Below, one piece after another: positions 62,004 through 64,000 of a DNA stretch of 64,000 nt. The notes below the pieces were generated by a model. It did not search any database. It had not been told where the DNA came from and saw only the letters and a program-made list of their open reading frames with translations. This DNA is from an uncultured delta proteobacterium. GTDB lineage: Bacteria > Desulfobacterota > Binatia > DP-6. Position numbers and translations under genes: made by a program. The first letter of the stretch is position 1, and each line of letters begins with the position of its first letter. The DNA lies in contig CAWFFN010000012.1 of NCBI GenBank assembly GCA_963815115.1, positions 352,001 to 416,000 on the forward strand, read 5' to 3'.

Positions 62004-62507
62004 ATGGCGTTTCTGCAGGTGAGCCGGAAGGTCGACTACGCGCTCCGGGCCGTCATCCACCTCGCCGACGAAAATGCCAGCGATCGCATCTGCTCGCTGG
62101 CCGAGATAGCCGCCCGCGAGCGCATCCCGCGGCAGTTCCTCGAGAAGATCGTCCAGCAGCTCATCCACAAGGGCCTGGTACGGTCACGTCGCGGCCCGCG
62201 GGGAGGCTACGTTCTCGGCCGGCCGGCAGAGGCGATGACCTTCCGGGACGTCATCGAGGCGGTGGAGGGACCCATCTCGCTCAACGTGTGCGTCGGCGAC
62301 CATCCCGACTGCTTTCTCCTGGGGGCCTGCGGCATGAACCGGGTGTGGGCCGAAGGGCAGCGCCGGGTGATGGATCTCTTCGAAAACACGACGATTGCGG
62401 CCGTTCGTCACCCCCGTGTGGCGGGTGCGCCGGCCGTCACGACCCCTGAATTTCCATCTTCGGGGGATCGTCTAAGCCCCGTAACCAGCGCCCTCGAACG
62501 GGGTTGA
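62004..62507 (+). CDS. Rrf2-family Fe-S-binding transcriptional regulator (IscR/NsrR-like)
   Basis: DYALRA, FLEKI, SRRGPRGGY, VIEAVEG, C-x6-C-x5-C; GAGGAG RBS. Confidence 0.92.
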   Translation: MAFLQVSRKVDYALRAVIHLADENASDRICSLAEIAARERIPRQFLEKIVQQLIHKGLVRSRRGPRGGYVLGRPAEAMTFRDVIEAVEGPISLNVCVGDHPDCFLLGACGMNRVWAEGQRRVMDLFENTTIAAVRHPRVAGAPAVTTPEFPSSGDRLSPVTSALERG

Positions 62508-62521
62508 GAGGACGAATGCCA

Positions 62522-62947
62522 ATGAAAGATCGCGACGTCGCAGCGGGAGCAGAGGAACGGGTCGCCGGCCTCTTCACGCCAGATACGATGCTCCCCTCGC
62601 AGTACTTCGACCGGGTGGCTCGCCGAAGCGAGTATGACGGCGAGCGCCGCCTGATGATTGCAGTGCTCGAGGACGCCGTCGATGTCTTCCGCAAGCTGGC
62701 GGGAGCACGCGATGCCCGGCGACAGCAGCTCTTCCACGACGCCGAGGAGTGGATCGAGAGCCATGACCACGGCTGGATCTTCTCCTTCGAGAACATCTGC
62801 GACGTTCTCGGAATCGAGGCCGAGTACCTGCGGCGCGGGCTGCGGGCCATCAAGCAGAGGGCCCAGGTCGACGCGCGCGGGGAGGTGGTCGTGCTCCACC
62901 CCGAGCGGGCGGAAGACGACGGCCTTCAAGAGGCCAACGCGTCCTGA
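62522..62947 (+). CDS. hypothetical protein (ERRLMIAVLEDA...FSFENICDVLG family)
   Basis: GAGAGGA RBS, coding-like composition, helical with an HTH-like C-terminal segment. Confidence 0.75.
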   Translation: MKDRDVAAGAEERVAGLFTPDTMLPSQYFDRVARRSEYDGERRLMIAVLEDAVDVFRKLAGARDARRQQLFHDAEEWIESHDHGWIFSFENICDVLGIEAEYLRRGLRAIKQRAQVDARGEVVVLHPERAEDDGLQEANAS

Positions 62948-63012
62948 GCAGTCGATCTCGCTAGAGGCGCCCGCGCCTTTGCCTGACGCGCGGCATCCGG
63001 TACAGTCCGCGC

Positions 63013-63288
63013 GTGCCGGTTCGCCTGAAGGTCGAATGCCCCGCCTGTGGAACGCCCCTCGTGCGCAAGCCCGGGGGGCGTTGCCCCTCGTGCGGCGCCG
63101 CGGTGGCGGCCCACGTCCAGGCCGCCCGCTCGCGCGAGGAGCGGATCGAGCGGGTCGTCGCCGTCGTCGGCACGGCGCTCGTGCTCCTCGTCTTCGCCTT
63201 CACGGCGGGACTCGGGCTCGTCGAGGGCATCGCGGCCTATGCCGGTGCCGGAGCGCTCATGTTCTACCTCGCCAGGAAGACCTTCTGA
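63013..63288 (+). CDS. small Zn-finger membrane protein
   Basis: CPACG...CPSCG followed by two hydrophobic helices; stop overlaps the next ATG. Confidence 0.65.
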   Translation: MPVRLKVECPACGTPLVRKPGGRCPSCGAAVAAHVQAARSREERIERVVAVVGTALVLLVFAFTAGLGLVEGIAAYAGAGALMFYLARKTF

Positions 63289-64000
63289 TGGGCGCTCCGC
63301 TGCCGACCCTCCGGGCGCTGCGCGCCGGCGTCGACAAGCTCTCGGCGGACCTGTTGCTCATCCCGGTGGTCGAGGGACGCATCGCGTCCGCGGCGCGTCC
63401 CCTCGGGCGCGCCATGTCGGGGATGCTGGAGCGGCGGGCGCGGGCGGTGAAGTTCGGGGGGCAGGTCGACGAGCTGCTCCTGCACCAGACGGATCGCCGG
63501 TCGATCGCCCTGGTTGGTCTCGGGAGCGCCGACCGCGGCGCCGATGCCTGGATGCGGGCCGGAGCACGCGGCCGCCGCGAGGCCGAGCGACTCGGCGCGC
63601 GTCGCGTGGCGGCGTACGTGGGAGAGGAGACGGATCCGCGGGTGGTGGCCGCCCTCGCCTCCGGGTTCCTGCTGGTCGGGTATCGCTTCGAGCACTACCG
63701 CTCGGATCAGCGCCCGGAACGGGTCGAGAGTCTGACGGTGGGCGGCGAGCACCTGCCGGCGCCGGCCGCAATCAAGCCGATCCTGGAAGACGTCGCCAGC
63801 ATCGCGAGCGGCGTCTTCGGCGCGCGCGATCTGGTGAACGAGCCGCCGTCGGTCGCCACGCCACGCTTCATTGCCGAGTACACGCACCGCCTCGCGGAAG
63901 GCGTGTCGACGCTCAGCGCGGAGGTGTGGGAGCCGAAGCGGATCGCGCGCGAAGGATTGAACGGTCTTCTCGCCGTCGCCCGCGGCACCCACGAGGAGCC
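63288..64000 (+). CDS. pepA: leucyl aminopeptidase (M17), truncated by the window end
   Basis: Translated by hand from ATG 63288: ...IALVGLG...GYRFEHYRS...ARDLVNEPPSVATP...GLNGLLAVARG; missing from the ORF track because it has no stop. Confidence 0.88.
   Translation, partial: MGAPLPTLRALRAGVDKLSADLLLIPVVEGRIASAARPLGRAMSGMLERRARAVKFGGQVDELLLHQTDRRSIALVGLGSADRGADAWMRAGARGRREAERLGARRVAAYVGEETDPRVVAALASGFLLVGYRFEHYRSDQRPERVESLTVGGEHLPAPAAIKPILEDVASIASGVFGARDLVNEPPSVATPRFIAEYTHRLAEGVSTLSAEVWEPKRIAREGLNGLLAVARGTHEE

Overview
This is a very GC-rich (roughly 70%) chromosomal window, mostly housekeeping genes. Gene families and order resemble Deltaproteobacteria-like lineages, possibly Candidatus Binatia/Binatota; that assignment is inference only. 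Core loci: ileS-lspA, mrp/apbC, amtB-glnK-glnA, tRNA-Pro(CGG), comEA, priA/def/fmt/rsmB/rpe/aroC, pilMNOPQ-aroK-aroB, mfd-surA-like-pmm/pgm-uvrA, an isc Fe-S operon ending in an Rrf2 regulator, and a truncated pepA. Accessory parts: (i) 1-12 kb has a sirtuin, a DUF35/thiolase pair, two tandem class III adenylate cyclases, a flavoprotein disulfide reductase, an LLM oxidoreductase and a hybrid kinase. (ii) 18.6-25.5 kb has three ferritin-like diiron paralogs. Two are an abutting 372-aa pair, one with all six iron ligands and one that has lost four. Together with an SCP2-like protein, a 7Fe-type ferredoxin, a Gfo/Idh/MocA dehydrogenase, a flavin-binding protein and a TetR with tandem operators, this is a candidate undescribed alpha/beta diiron oxygenase system. 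(iii) A frameshifted arylsulfatase. Non-coding highlights: three copies of a ~230-285 bp four-hairpin repeat with compensatory substitutions, and four sigma-54 (-24/-12) promoters upstream of an XRE gene, amtB, comEA and pilM. No CRISPR array, integrase or transposase was seen. All calls come from reading motifs by eye; no database searches were run.
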